Positions 12,601 to 27,600 of a stretch of DNA of 64,000 nt are shown here, in pieces. The stretch is from positions 544,137 through 608,136 of the forward strand of contig NMRA01000198.1 in NCBI GenBank assembly GCA_002633005.1, read 5' to 3'. The position numbers were made by a program, and so were the translations under genes. Within the stretch, counting starts at the first letter, position 1; each line of letters begins with the position of its first letter. The DNA is from Phoronis australis (taxonomy: Eukaryota > Animalia > Phoronida). The notes beneath the pieces are model-generated. The model did not search any database and was not told the DNA's origin. It was given only the letters and a program-made list of their open reading frames with translations.

Positions 12601-15600
12601 AAATCCAAATTATTAAGTTAAGACATTAGGCAACATTAAAAACAAACTAATGAAAGTTTAGAAGAATAGCTTTTACCTAACGGAAAATTCTCATAGTCTT
12701 CATAACTTTCCAGCCACACAACCATAATCTTGTTGTCCAAGGCAACAGAGCTGCTGCTATGACGACCATAACGACGGGCTTTAACTGCAGATGTCGCTCC
12801 AGCCATTGTGGATTCAGCAGTCGGTGTCAAAGCATCACGACTGTCTATTTTAGAGAGAGCATGAGGTCTTTCGAAATCCAACGAGAGTGACTTGGATGTT
12901 AATTTCGGAACCTTGAAGCTTTCTGTGCTTGTGCTGGATTGGAATACCCTGTCTAAAATGTGACAGGCAGACAACTATGAAATGTGTACCCAATCAATGC
13001 ACAAGGTGATTTAATCTGTTGTGACAAAAACTCTGCTCTGAAGCAATGTTATACCGTCTTACAACTCAAATGAGCATTTTGTGACAGTGGAAAGTTTAAG
13101 AATAAAACAACATCATTCTAGCTCGGGTTACTGATCAACTGTGCACCTAGTCTAACTAAACTACAAGAAGAAACCAAGGAAGTGTATTTATATGCGACTA
13201 CGGTTGAAATTGCACAAAAAAGAACAAACACAACTGAGAAGATAAGAAATAAAAGAAAAGTAACAGAAAACAGTTACGTTAAGCATTCCCCAAACCAGCA
13301 GACATGACATGAACCATAAGTAAAATATAACTACAAAGGCAACTGTATGGTTGGACAAACTTTGCAGAATAACTATTTCACCTCATTTTTGACTTGTGCT
13401 ATATAAATGACACATAATAACAGCGAGCTGACAGCAGACAGCAGAAGCTATGGGTGTTTACTGTTTTGATGAGTTCACATGAGATACTACAGTAACTCTC
13501 CATCTACTTCACACATTCACCTCATTTTGCACACTAAAATTATTTTCAAAAACAATATTTCATCTCTCACTTATTTTGCAAGAGGTTACCACAGTCAGTT
13601 TTGCACTCCGAAAAATATCAACGCAAAGTCCAGTCATTAATTCTAGTAATACACACCTCTTTAACAGTGTCTGAACATTGTATAATCACCCCTTAATTCA
13701 TCCACTTAATATCTGATGCTGTTGTAAATATGAGGTGAGAGGTGTAACCTGGACGAGTGTGGTGTCACTCAGAGTCACATGCTCAAAAGAGTGTTTCACC
13801 AACAATAGGGTGAAGTACTCTTATACTGGAACAGCATAACCTAATTTAATTACTCTTAATTGGATCAAATTTGAAAATCATAGGCTGCATTTCAATAAAT
13901 TCACATACGGGCACTTGGCGATGCATGGTTACTCACCACACTCACCAACTATGACGTCCGAATATTCAGTTTATTTGGCACACTCTTTTACCAGGAAAAA
14001 ACATTAACTTCATTTTGCACAAAATAAGTGTAGAATTACCATATGCACTCCACTGCTATCCGTCAAAGTCAGTAGCCTTCAAAGTTATATTAAACTAGTA
14101 TTGCTGTAATACAAACCCATATTGTTGCTGGCTTCAGCAGAGACAGACCGCTGCGATAAGGCAGGCTTCTTGGCAGCTAAAGCTAACACTTGATTCTTTC
14201 TATCAGGGACACCCATGCCAGGTTTGGGTCGCAGCATAGACTTATCTCCGTTCAATGATACTTCACCAGTAAGTGGTAAATCGTTCAACTGGCGTATTTG
14301 ATTGGTTTGCTCAGCCGATGTGGACATGATTTTCGCTGTGTCGTAACTCGACCCCCTTTTATGGGTTACCGGAGAGACCACCACGGGACTATCGTCATTC
14401 ACATTTTTAGTGGACAAAAGTCTAGTGGCATCATAACTTGACCCTCGTCTGTGTATAGGTTCTTTTGGAACAGACAAGAGGACGTCGGATTTACTTGTTG
14501 TCATGTCTGATCTAGATTGGCTGGTACTTGTAGGGTCTTTGGTAACTAGAGGTAAGTATGTGCAGACGGTGAAGCAAAACAAAGTAAAACAAAAATTGAC
14601 TGAAAAACAATGCTCAGCAAGAAAATGGAATCTCAACTCAATGTAGTGACGTGTTTATTAAAATGACCGAGGCAAAGGGACAACAGATTTGGCACCTACA
14701 TAAAATATACTCATTTCATGAAAAAGAAGCTATTTGAATACATTTAGGAAGTACAACGAAAAGGCTTTCATAAAACAGAGGACTGCAAGAGATTATTTTC
14801 ATCATATTAAATAATTATAAATATGTGGGCACATTAAAATTTATCAGACTTATGAAGCCTCAATATCCAGAAACTGCCTTAGCTTGTCATAAGCAAGACA
14901 ACAGAGGCGAGATATCATGCCATGGTAAACAGAAATAATGAGCAAGGGAGTATTGTAGGTGATAGATACGTATATGTGTATGTTTTGTGTATGGTGTATA
15001 AGTATGTGTATGAGCATGGGTCCCATCACTCTCCAGAGGGGCTAATTTATAACTTAATATTACTACGGTAAGACTAGAGAAAAACGATGAGATAAGGTGA
15101 CCAAATTGTTGTCCTGTGGGTAACTTTAGCTCAAGTCCAGCAACTTAACTGTGCACTAGGTCTGTGATTCCATTCACCATTAGAGCGTCCAACAGTGATG
15201 AGTACTAACTACAGAGGATCGTTATAGCCTAGCTTGGAAAAGAGACAATAAAAGCAGAAAAAAGACAGTATTAGCATGCATACCTGCTACAGATGAGAAG
15301 GGGAGCAGTCCAAGAGTTTTAGTATTCACTAATAACTGATGTTTAAGGTATTCACATACCTTCCCAAAAAAATTAGATTTCTCCCAAAAGCAAACTAAAG
15401 GTCATTTGATGCTTGTTGAGTTTTGCATGCAAGGAAACCTCTCAATTAAACGTGAGGATTTAAAAGGTTTGTTTTAATGCACAGAACTAAACTATTATCC
15501 TGTGTTGTGTGTGACTGAAGAACATGTACGCGAGCATCTTAAAACAAATGCTGAACTTCAAAACTTGTGGACTGCTGACAGAAAATCAAACTCCAAAAGA

Positions 15601-18600
15601 TACTAAACAGAGCTGAATTAAGAAACTTAAAATGTAAAAATGTAGTGCCATTGTTATATAAATGAAAGCAAAAATAAAAAATAGAGCCACTCAGTCAGAA
15701 GAGTAACATAGCATGAAGTGTGATACATTGAATATTAGTTACACCCTCTAAGATAGGTCACATAGAGGTCAAAAGGTCAATGCTCAGCCAATCTGCACAC
15801 TATGTGGTTTAGAAACAAAAACTATTCTTCATTTACAAAGGGATTATCTCGCACTTTGAAAAGCATGAAGAAGCAGTTTTTATGTTGTAAAGTTAACAAC
15901 AAAACATGCATTGCGATTGACCACCTCGCAAACAGAAGATATACACATTCTGCAATTAGAGGGCTGTGACCTGCAAACTTTCCAACCGTTCCCCAACAGG
16001 CTACAGCGGACAAGCGGATTTTTTTCAGCAACTGCCACGACAAAAGTGAACAATCTGAGAAAATTCTCATTCCTTATGTACTGTTCAGCTATCATAAACA
16101 ATGCAAATGCTGCCAAGCAATGAAAAATTAAAAATCAAATTTATGCAAAATAATGGCAGATTAACAGTAGTTATGACACAACACATGAAACATACTCGTT
16201 AAAAGCTCACAGCATGCTGAAGAGCTCCATAAATGCTGGACACTTAAAAACAAACACAATATCAGTGAAAGAGCATCAATGAAACACCACTTGTAGTTAA
16301 AAGTTACCTAGACTGGAGTCCGTCATCGATTGTAGCTGATACGTATCCAGTGAAGGAACAATGAAGGCTATTTCAGAACTGACATCAGCCCAGTAAAGGG
16401 CCTGGTGTCGGCCATCATAAAGACTACCCCCAGTGGATGGTGGATAATCCTCTGGAATTATATACAAACTGTAAACGGTTTGTTATGTCATGACCTTTAC
16501 TGTGAAGTCTCACCACTACTCACTGAGGTCTCATTTTTTTCTTGCCTTTGATGAATGTAGTATACATTCAAAGTACTGCGGTTTAATGTAATTTTAAACC
16601 AAATTTTCTGTAGTTTGTTCCTTTGATGACGTCACTCGGGGAGCTACTGCACAGATGCAATCCACACACAAGGAGTATTTTTAGACAATATGTGAAATTC
16701 AGGAAGAAGTTATCCAACAACGAATGTTGTATCGTTTTAAAAAAACTCTGCACCAGGGGGCACTACTGCCGAGTTATACTAAACTGTGAATAGTGCTTTG
16801 TTATAGTGAAGACTATTCGTTATTCCAGACATTCAATGTCAAAGCAGAAACTGTTTTAATAGACAAATCACTCAGACATATTAAGTAAAAAGGCGGAGAG
16901 CAAAAATATAAAATATACCACACAATTAATGTACACAGAGACCCTGATTTTTCACAACTACAGAGAATTAGCAGACTTCATGGAATCCGACTTTTTTGCA
17001 AAATAAGAGGTTTCGAACAGACTTTAAAAATTACTTATAAGTGGATTCCATAATTCTAAATATTTTTGTTCTTTAATTACAAAAAATTATACAATCCATT
17101 AAAAGCCACGATTCTGGCAACAAAGCAATCAATGGTTGTTTTGCAGTGAACATGTTCAAGTAGATGTCAAATCTATCTGAAAGCGGAGATGTTGTTTCCG
17201 ATTTTGAGTAATTTTGGCAATTATTTTGGACTGAAATTGGCAAGATTTTACTGTAAGCAAGTTTGGTTCATCAGGGCAAACAAACTGTTTTCACCAAATA
17301 CCCAACATCTGGCAAGCATGATCTACAACACATCTGCAGTGCACAAAAACACAGGCCCCAAATACAAACTTTTCTCCTTGCTGTCGTCCACAATTCTCCA
17401 ACTTGTGCTGACATGCCCCGTCCATCCTGCGTGTTTATTGACATCTATTGGCCAGCCAAGAGATCGTATGAACTCCAAGAAATGGGGATGAACACTGCCC
17501 TTGTTAGCCTACGGAAATCAAACAATTAAGCAAAATTTGTGTAAAGATGACCATGAAAGTTGGCACAGATGACATATCAGAACAAATGCTGTCACTCTCT
17601 TATTCAAGCCTTAAGAGAAATTGTAAAATTACCCCACACTGATGCGTGTGAGCTTAATTTTGAAGCCAACTTTAACAGTTTTCGATAATAGTTTCCACAA
17701 AATTTATTAATTTAACATTGTACTGTATTTAAAAGTCATAATTTTGATTCATGTTTTGGTGTGGAATCCACTCTTTGGGTTCTTTAATATGGAGAGTTAG
17801 CATTCAACATAATACACGGGAACACGTCTGGACCAACTTCACTGATAGAACACTCCCAGCTAATTTGTAAGTTTGAAGAGAAAAATAAATTAGGAAGATT
17901 CGTGACACACACAGACAAATTCTACACATTTCAGACATCCTTTAAAAACTGTTGCAAAATGAAACAATGACAGTCATGATTATTGTTTTTGTTCGAATTT
18001 CATGAAACTCTGTTACCAGTGTTTCATATTTTTGTCATAAATAAAAGTGGAACTGTTAGCTGTCTCCTAGGAAGCAACATCAATTCAACTAAAAGTCATG
18101 TTCAATACAATTTACAGAACACGTCAAGAACAATCTGACATGCAATTTCCCATCATGACAATGTTGCAATGACAAAAATGCCCATCACGACCATCAGAGT
18201 ACCATGAATGACAGGTCCTATGATGACGGACCATCAGAGCACCATGAACGACAGGTCCTGAAATGACAGACCATCAGAGTACCATGAACGACAGGTCTTG
18301 TGATGACAGATTATCAGAGTACCATGAACGACAGGTCCTGTGATGACAGACCATCCGAGTACCTTGAACACCAGGTCCCGTGATGACGTACCATCAGAAT
18401 ACCATCAACGACAGGTCCTGTGATGACGGACCATCAGAATACCATCAACGACAGGTCGTGTGATGACGGGTCATTACCTATCATGATGAGGAATGTAATT
18501 TTATCCAATTCACGACAGCAACTATTGCTTTATTAAAGGTATACACACCACGTTCTGTAAAATCTCTTGCGGTGTGCATTGACCAGACTTGACGTAGTAC

Positions 18601-21600
18601 AGGTGTACTGTGTCATACGTCCGACTGGACACAGCATCCAGCGCCTGAAGACAACCTCTCAGGCCACTAGCAGACGAGCCGTCCAACATGACTAGAGATG
18701 GGGGGACGCTGCTGTTACTGGCCTCCTGAAAAGGAAAATAATGCAAATGTTTGTTTTTAATGGAGTGTCTTTTTAATTTTTTGTTTAAACAGTTGCTTGT
18801 ATATTCATAGAACGGTTCTATTGAGAGAAAACTAAACTTCAGCACATTTTTATGAAGTGACACTGATTTTGTTATTTGGTGTTACAATTTCTTAAGTTTT
18901 TTAACAAGGCAAGTTAGTATTCAAAGTCTCCCACCATTGTTCTAGGGACAATCAGGAGTTTAATAATTGTTTCTGTGACGACAGTACACTGCAAAGTTGT
19001 TACATTTTTGTTTGACTGACTTCAAAAATGACACCGCAAAAATAGATAAGTAACACACAGAAAAACATTGATATATCTAGACAAGGCAGATTCACCCGTG
19101 CTTATGTATGAAGTTGAGGCACATGAGCAAAAATCATTTTTTCACAAATAGATGCACAGACCACACATATGTAAGGGGAGATCTCATTTATTTTGTGACA
19201 ACAAAGCACCTTCAACGCTTGAAGAGTCAGGAAGCCATAGTGAGACAAGAACAGTCTGGCCGTTTGGTAGTTGGTGGTGGTGCTGAAAGTGTAATGGAGA
19301 ACTATGAGATGCTATGAGATGTTGTGAAGGAAATAGACAGTAAAATACATTTTCTGTCTATTCTTACAAATTTCATAAATCATGATGTTTGATCCAGTTA
19401 CAAAAATCCCTGTTGCTACCTACACAGTTCACTAACAACAGGCCCAAAAACACTGATCAGCTCACTAGTAATGTATGTACCCTGCTTCCCGGAATATGTC
19501 TTTTAAATCGTTTAACTTCACTTGCTAACATGACGTCAGTAGCTGTAAGTTGTTGTGTACTGCTGAGAGGTCGTTGTCATCAAGTGTATAAAATCATGAA
19601 ACTGAGCCCTGATAAAACACAGAGGTCAGAGGTAATGGTAATACTTCACCTAATTAGCATAAAATGTGACAAACAACCAAGTGAAAGTTCATTGTACAAA
19701 ATTTATCAACAAAAATAAAGACTAAAAAAGTTAATAAATCTATTGTTTACCTTGGTTTGCACAAGTCATCATAAGACAATGCTGGTAAATTTATGTTTTT
19801 GCAACAAGATAGACAGCTTTTGAAAAATAAAAAACTATTTTGCCAACTCTTCTTGTACAAAATATTAAGTGATTTTTATTACTGTAGTTTTGGAAGATAA
19901 CTTGCAACATTACTACATTACAGAGTTAAGAAGACGACAGGGACAATCTCTGTTACTTTCACAAAGAGCATACGGTACTTTCACAAACAGCATAAGGTAC
20001 TGACAATACAGCCACTGTTCTCCAGGGGTGTGTTTCATTGCTTCATGAAAAATAACAACTTACGCCAGAAATTTGGTCTAATGCTTCACACAACTATTTA
20101 TTAAATATAATTTAATCTCAATTGAACAAAAACATGCAAAGCCTCTGAGAATATACACACGCTACTTACTGAGATAATTTCTATAAATCATTTTTAGACT
20201 GTGATGCGCTCATAATTACTGGGCCAAACTTTAATTTCGCAATTGTGAGGGACCTTAATATCAAATTTCAGTCTCTTAAAACACTTTCAGTTTGTACCTG
20301 GGTGGTTTGCATTCTGTGTCTGGATTGGGAAATGGTCTGTTCTTACGTCGCTCAGCGGCCCTTTGACTGACCGCCTTTTCAAACTGGACTTGCTGAGCAA
20401 TCATTCCCAGTAACTTCTGATGTTCCTTGTCACGGCTTATCACGGACTTCATCGATGGTATACTTAGATCACTACAAACGTGACATGCAAGATTTTTCAC
20501 AACTTTTGCAGGTCACAATAATTAGAGAGGATTTTTTACCTTCCTATTTAAACATAAGTTGCAACCAGATATTAATCATCACAATTTTTCAACCAAAAGT
20601 TAACAGGCAGAAATGAGTGGAAATTTGATAATCAAAATGGATGTCAATATAAAGTATTTTCAGGTCCGGACAGATATTTTAAGAACTTGAAACAGCCTCC
20701 GTCAAAAATGTTAGGTGCTGCAACAGGCCAAAACTGCAAGATGTAAGTAATACAATCTTTACGTGAAATAATAAAACTAGTAAAACTATAATGACGATCA
20801 TCGGTACTAAAATATATTACAATATCCCCACGCATCGAGCACTGCGCTCTTTCTCAAGGGTGTGCTACAGACTGCAGCACACCCTTGAGAAAAAGCGCAT
20901 CGCTCGATACCTGGGGATATTTTAATATATTTTAGCACCGACGCTCGTCATTTTAGTTTAACTAGTTTTACTATTTTATATTTTTATTCGTCGGTAACTG
21001 CACGGCATTGTAACATCTATTTGATTACAATCTTTATGTGCTTACGGCCAGAAGGGAGCATTAGGCACAGCTGGTAAAACAACACTCACGCTTTGGTTAA
21101 CGGTATGTCATCGACTTCAGGTGGGAAATATCGATGTTGGACGTCAGACTTCCTACCTAATGTATCGCAAGGAGTAGGTCGGCTTGGTGTCTTGACGGGA
21201 ATATTTACAGAACCCTAGAAAATATAGAATGTCACTCATAATGATGTCAAGAACCTTAAAGCCATCTGTGTGTAATGTGAACACTAGCAGTAATCACCAT
21301 GTTTAGCCAAAATGCAACCAAAACTAACCATCACATTTTGTCAAAATCCACACAGTAATAATCGTCATATGTAGACTATCATATTTATTAAGGTAGGTGT
21401 ATACACTGATCAAATCTCCAGGTTCCTAACTAAAATGAGTAAAAAGGGAGTTTTAACTAGTTAGACATGACCCTGAAAGTGACAAAAATCAAAAAAAAAA
21501 TTTTTTTTATGTAGTTCGTTTTTTTAAAAAATCGTATTTTTTAATTTTCAAAAAATCCAATTTTACCTCGATTTTTTTTCAAAATGCACAGGGATCATCA

Positions 21601-24600
21601 TCAACTGTTTCCTTACGCAATATTCTACTTATCCATACCAAATATATGTACAAAATCATTATGATCTTGATTTTGTGGCATTTTTTGTGTGAGAGTTGGG
21701 GCAAGCACGCCACTTTTTGTCATTTGGTCACTTTCCGTCTTATAACTAAANTTTACCTTCCTATTTAAACATAAGTTGCAACCAGATATTAATCATCACA
21801 ATTTTTCAACCAAAGGTTAACAGGCAGAAATGAGTGGAAATTTGATAATCAAAATGGATGTCAATATAAAGTATTTTCAGGTCCGGACAGAATTTTAAGA
21901 ATTTGAGACAGCCTCCGTCAAAAATGTTAGGTGCTGCAACAGGCCAAAACCGCAAGATGTAAGTAATAAAATCTTTATGTGAAATAATAAAACTAGTAAA
22001 ACTAAAATGACGATCATCGGTACTAAAATATATTACAATATCCCTACGTATCGAGCGATGTGCTCTTTCTAAAGGGTGTGCTACAGACTGCAGCACACCC
22101 TTGAGAAAGAGCGCATCGCTCGATACCTGGAGATATTTTAATATATTTTAGCACCGACGCTCGTCATTTTAGTTTTACTAGTTTTACTATTTTATATTTT
22201 TATTCGTCGGTAACTGCACGGCATTGTAACATCTATTTGATTACAATATTTATGTGCTTACGACCAGAAGGGAGCATTAGGCACAGCTGGTAAAACAACA
22301 CTCACGCTTTGGTTAACGGTATGTCATCGACTTCAGGTGGGAAATATCGATGTTGGACGTCAGACTTCCTACCTAATGTATCGCAAGGTGTAGGTCGGCT
22401 TGGTGTCTTGACGGGAATATTTACAGAACCCTAGAAAATATAGAATGTCACTCATAATGATCTCAAGAACCTTAAAGCCATCTGCGTGTAATGTGAACAC
22501 TAGCAGTAATCACCATGTTTAGCCAAAATGCAACCAAAACTAACCATCACATTTTGTCAAAATCCACACAGTAATAATCGTCATCATGTTTATTAACAAA
22601 ATCCACTAGTAAGTTTAGATGCGCAGCAAAATAGTACGAATGTTTATAACTACATTCATTTGTTATACATAGGATTCATTCACAAAGGAAGCAAACAGAC
22701 TGACCTTGGCCCTTGGCTGATGTCGTAACTGCATAGTCCAAGCATGACGACCGAAAGGACCTCGAATCAAAGCAGTCACAGTAGGAAGTGATTCTACAAA
22801 ATTAAGGGACACACTGCAGTGCTTTTAATAGTAAGTACACTCTAGTGAACAGGCCAACTTAGAATATTAAAGTAAAGTGTTGTGAGATGGAGAAAACATC
22901 TGACTCAGTGAAGGTGACTCAGAAAAACTGGAACCCAGATTCGAGGTTGTATATTGAGCATGCACAAGAAAACCATAAAGTAAGATTGTGTAAACATCTC
23001 AGGATGAAAACTAAGTATAACAATTATGTTGGTACACACAATGGCGAATTTTGATTCTGTTTCGAGATAGGAAATGATTCATGTCCTGAAATAAGGTGAT
23101 TACTAACATTTCTAGTTCTCCATGATTGTACTGAATCCTGGTGGAAATAATGGCAGTGTTTTTAACATGCTCAACTACTTCAAACTATTTTATCACACTT
23201 TGAAATTGCAGGTATTGGGAGACTATGAAACCGTGTGCACTTTTAACCCAAGTTCTTGTAAGTACAACATTCCGGGCTCAGGTTTTCAGCTATCCATAGG
23301 GGGTAATCAAATAATTATCTTCTCACCCAGGATGGTAAACCCTTCGTTAAGCTGTGTTTTGTTACACAGTCCAACTGACTAAGAGCAGGGTTCACCAATC
23401 GCTTGCACTGACTTTGCATGTCAGTTTCAAAAGGCTTATTGTGTGTGAATGACACCCGTCCACAATTCTAAGCCACTATGAGGATTAATTACTCCCGCCA
23501 AGCCCAAAATGCACAGTGAAACATTACAAGATTACTTAATTTGTTCATCAGCAAAAAGCAGATCAGATAGCAAAGGGAAATGGCCATAGCAACAGTATCA
23601 AGAATCGTATACGTACGAATTATTAGCCTTCCTACACGCCATATGTTGGTCATATCATATAACCTATAATTAAGTCTGAAAAGGTCAATGACCTGACTAG
23701 AGTTCGAGGTCTGCGATGTCACCAACATAGTGTGTAAGAGGACTCACAATTCTTACCTAACAGATTTATGACAGCACATCTATTATATACAAGTATCAAA
23801 AATTGCATGTTCACCAACCGTTTTGCACAGTAGACGGGTGGTCTATCAATGCCAGAATGATAGAATTCTCCAGCACATAGTATTTGTAGAGATCGTCACG
23901 CTCAGGAACGCTGTCACCATGGCAACGGTTTGCCAGAGCTTCTTCATCCAGCAGGGAGCACAAGGACTCAGGACCACAAGGAGGCGGGAAGGAGCCCTGG
24001 AGAAGCAAGATAAAGTGGCTTTAGACCTGTCACATGGGGTATCCCTTGCACTGTCACCAGTTTGAAACTGGCACATGGTCTGTGAGCAATACAAAAACTT
24101 CTCAACACTTTTACCACATAGAGTTTCATTAAAGTTTGTTTCCCAACATTCAAATCTGACATGTCTAAGTTTGCGACCAAACCTTAAGCGCATGTTGGAA
24201 AACAAAAATGTTGAAATGAAAACAACATTGACTGCTTGAAAACATAATCTGTTGAAAAAATCATACAACAAATGAGAGTTGCTTCTCTTTTCCTGACCAA
24301 TGAAAATGAAGAATAGGCAAAGTGAGAATGAAATAAATAGCTACCTTTGCAACAAAACAATGTTTTTTAACTAACTTCAAGTATTATCCTTGCACTAAAT
24401 TTGTTTACGCTCACAGTTCTACAATTTCAATTTCAACGTGCATCAAAAGGTAAGGATCGAAACTTGGTCGATTGTCGTAATTGGAAGAAGCAGATTCTCA
24501 CACCTGTGTCATTCAACAAACTGTGACAAAATGGTTCCAACTTAGGACACTGAATGACCAAAAATTGAGCTTCCGTTTTTCATTTTTTCAAAAACCACAA

Positions 24601-27600
24601 GTAGCATTAAAATGACACTTTTTGGCCATTTCAAGTTCTGTACCATAGCTATGATTAAGCAATATTTTGACAAACCGGGGACAAGTACAACAATGTTAGA
24701 GCCTTTTTAAATGAAAAGGACAATTCAGGCAATTCTTTTTGTCTGAAAATGGAGAGCTTTTACCAAAGTATATCTGCCACCTACCACTTGGTCTATTATG
24801 GTAGTCAACACAGCCTCAGCAGCGTCCTTGACCCTCATGGATGCAGGCATCAGTTCCTTCTCACCTTTTAGTTTTGGCGGATCACTGGCGCGATTCTGGC
24901 GACAAATACTAATTTAAGGTCACAGCATTCTTGGAAAAATATCAATATTCTACAATCTGGGTCAAAAATAATATCACATCCTACAGTTTTATTTGTTTGC
25001 TACAGGTAGTCGACTTATTTCAAGACCTTTACCATACAAGTCAAAAGAATCTCTTAAGTTCAAGCACTATCTTGCAGGAACTCTTTCTATTACGCAGAAG
25101 ATTGAAAGGTGTTAGAGGCAAATAAGCAGCATCAGAGGATTAAAATTGTGTACATATAAAGGAGACAAAAATATCCATATTATTCCCACCACTGCCAGAA
25201 AAAAATAAAATTGCAATCCACCATTGCTTATTGGCCATCTGTACTTACAGATTGGCAATCGATAACAATGAAATAGAAATCAGCAACATGTAACTGACAA
25301 TGCATAGTAATAAATTGGCAATCCATAACAACGAATTGGCAATCCGTAATAACCGATTGTCAATCTGTTATCACGGACAGGCAATTCATAATAAGAGACT
25401 TTAACTCCCTACTAACACATTCAAATTTTATTTTCTCTGGCACTAATGGGCCTTGGTAGTAACTTGCAAATTGAATACAAAATAATTATCAGGTGTAGCC
25501 TCAGTGGTTCAGTAAGTCAGACCCGCCCCAATGCATTATCTATGACAGTACAAAATTCATTTTAACACCAAAAGACCATTTGAACTCTCTGGTGGTTATG
25601 GATATTTTAACACAAGGTTTTGGAGGGGAGACTTCGTTAACAGTGTATTTTAACAATTATAGCTAGCAATGGGATTCTATTGGCAAATGCATGGACTTAC
25701 TTTCTCATTAATCAGATATTGGAAACAGTAAAAATTTACTACATAACTTTGAGAGTTGCCCAATTCCAAAATGGCATAATTTGTTCAAGTCTATTAGTTT
25801 GAGAATCGATAGAGTGCTGTAGTATTTTTAGTTGTACATTTTTGAAATTCACCAGATAAGAGCAGAATTAGCAACACATTCAGCTGCTGGTCATTAAAAA
25901 ATTGCTTAATACATTTGTATTGCTTTTCAAACATAAAAAGAACTTTGCTTAACGTGATGCATGAAGGCGCTGTTTTACAGTAAGGCGCAGGTTTCGAAAT
26001 GTGTCAGGCGTAGGCTAGAACCAATTTTCTTTGGCCTAATATTTTTTCTATTTGCTAAATCATGTTCAGGAATTCTTGAAACAATGTGTAATTGCAGAAA
26101 CAAGTGTTTGACTGTATGTCCAAACTAACAACAAGAAACAATAACATAAATACAAGACTGGAAGCTAGTCTGTAATGCAATGGGGTGAAACATACAGAGA
26201 ATTTTCATTCAAGATTGAGGAGTACTTTATGACAAATTCAATAGAAGTGGAAAAAATAACAAATAGAATGACATAATTTTCCACTTCAACAGCATCAAAC
26301 TTTAAGCATTTCTAAAAACACATTTCTCAGTAACTGAACGCCACTACAAGTTCAAAAATTTAAGCCACACACAGCGTGCCACTAAAAACTATCAAACTGA
26401 TGCAGAGTCCATTTTAAAGATTCTATTGTAAGTTGGCAAGTTGATGTTCCCAATTTACATCTTCATACTATGCAGTGGTGATCACTGATCATTTCTGCTA
26501 CTGTTCCTGTTCCCAAATTCACCCTCAGCTTCTTCCTTAGATGTTGCAGATGGCAATGTTTAACCTTTTCACACCAATTGTTGAACGTGGCTTTAAATCA
26601 AGCAGTGTTTTCTGATATGCCACATGGTATTTCACAACTTGACCCTGTTATAGTACTAGGAATCCTGCCAGCAACTTTTCGCACCCAAAAATAGCATAGC
26701 CAGATGGATTTAATGAAGGTATTGACAGTTTGAAAATAGCTACAAAATACAGTAATCAAAATACAGCTACTTGCTGTCACATATGACAAAAAACAATTCC
26801 ATGTGAAACTGAGCAGAAACCATCATCTCCTTCATCGAAACTTATGTGGCAAATTTCACGAAGATCTATTACAAAACTTGGCAGAAATTGAGGCAAAAGG
26901 AAAGAATAAATTGCCACTTGGGGATACCACTCCAGTAGTCAAGACTTGTCCCGAAATCAGCGTCAGTGACTCCCCTCAACAGAAGCATATAAAACAAACT
27001 TCATGAAGGTCCATCAAAAACTTGATAGATATTGGAGCACATACAAAAGGAAACAGAATAACCACCAGGGGGAGCTACTGCAGCCAGATCCCTACGAAAA
27101 TCAACATAAGCTGAGCTCTAATCAACATCAGCCATGCTCTCCATGATAGGAACACGTCTGCCACATTTCACATTGATCCTTCCAGTGGTTTGGCGGATAT
27201 TGAAGACAACACCAGAAACAAACTTGAATATTAAAAATAGCCAGCAGGGAGGTGCAGAATACATCAAAACCGTCAGAGATTGACAATGTGTTGCTGCCAT
27301 TCAATAAAAACTCACCAAATTTCGGACAATTACATGGAAAAATTTGGTAGTAGATGCAGATAAAACAGTAAAAAAATAAATTACCACTAGTGGTCACAGC
27401 GGTAGTCAGATACCCCAAAAAGTCGTTTTCATTCAATGTCATCTCCATAGAACACATTCATGAAGATTATGTCAGGGGTTTGGGAGATACAGCAGTGGAG
27501 GCCAGCCACCCAGACAGAGATGACGGCAATACGCATCCATTTACACATATGTGGGTGCAAAGCAAATGCTAAAGGGATTTTCTGAAATAAGAGGCTTGGG

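Larger units (their letters stand above)
20535..22584. repeat. Near-identical duplication of about 830 bp (20535-21368 vs 21752-22584) flanking the assembly 'n' at 21751; includes a RALGAPB exon
   Basis: Direct comparison shows scattered substitutions only. The second copy begins right after the n. Confidence 0.9.

Noticed and set aside
18190-18470. Regularly spaced 40-bp repeats resembling a CRISPR array
   Set aside because: The units are head-to-tail with no unique spacers, there are no cas genes, and the array sits in a eukaryotic intron. It is a minisatellite.
25490-25535. tRNA A-box-like sequence (similar weak hits near 1585-1620 and 42880-42990)
   Set aside because: No cloverleaf or intact B box; at most decayed SINE heads.
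26930-27570. Repeat-like region sharing CCAGGGGG(A/C)(G/A)CTACTGC with 16630-16775
   Set aside because: Probably an old interspersed repeat, but its boundaries and class cannot be supported by eye.
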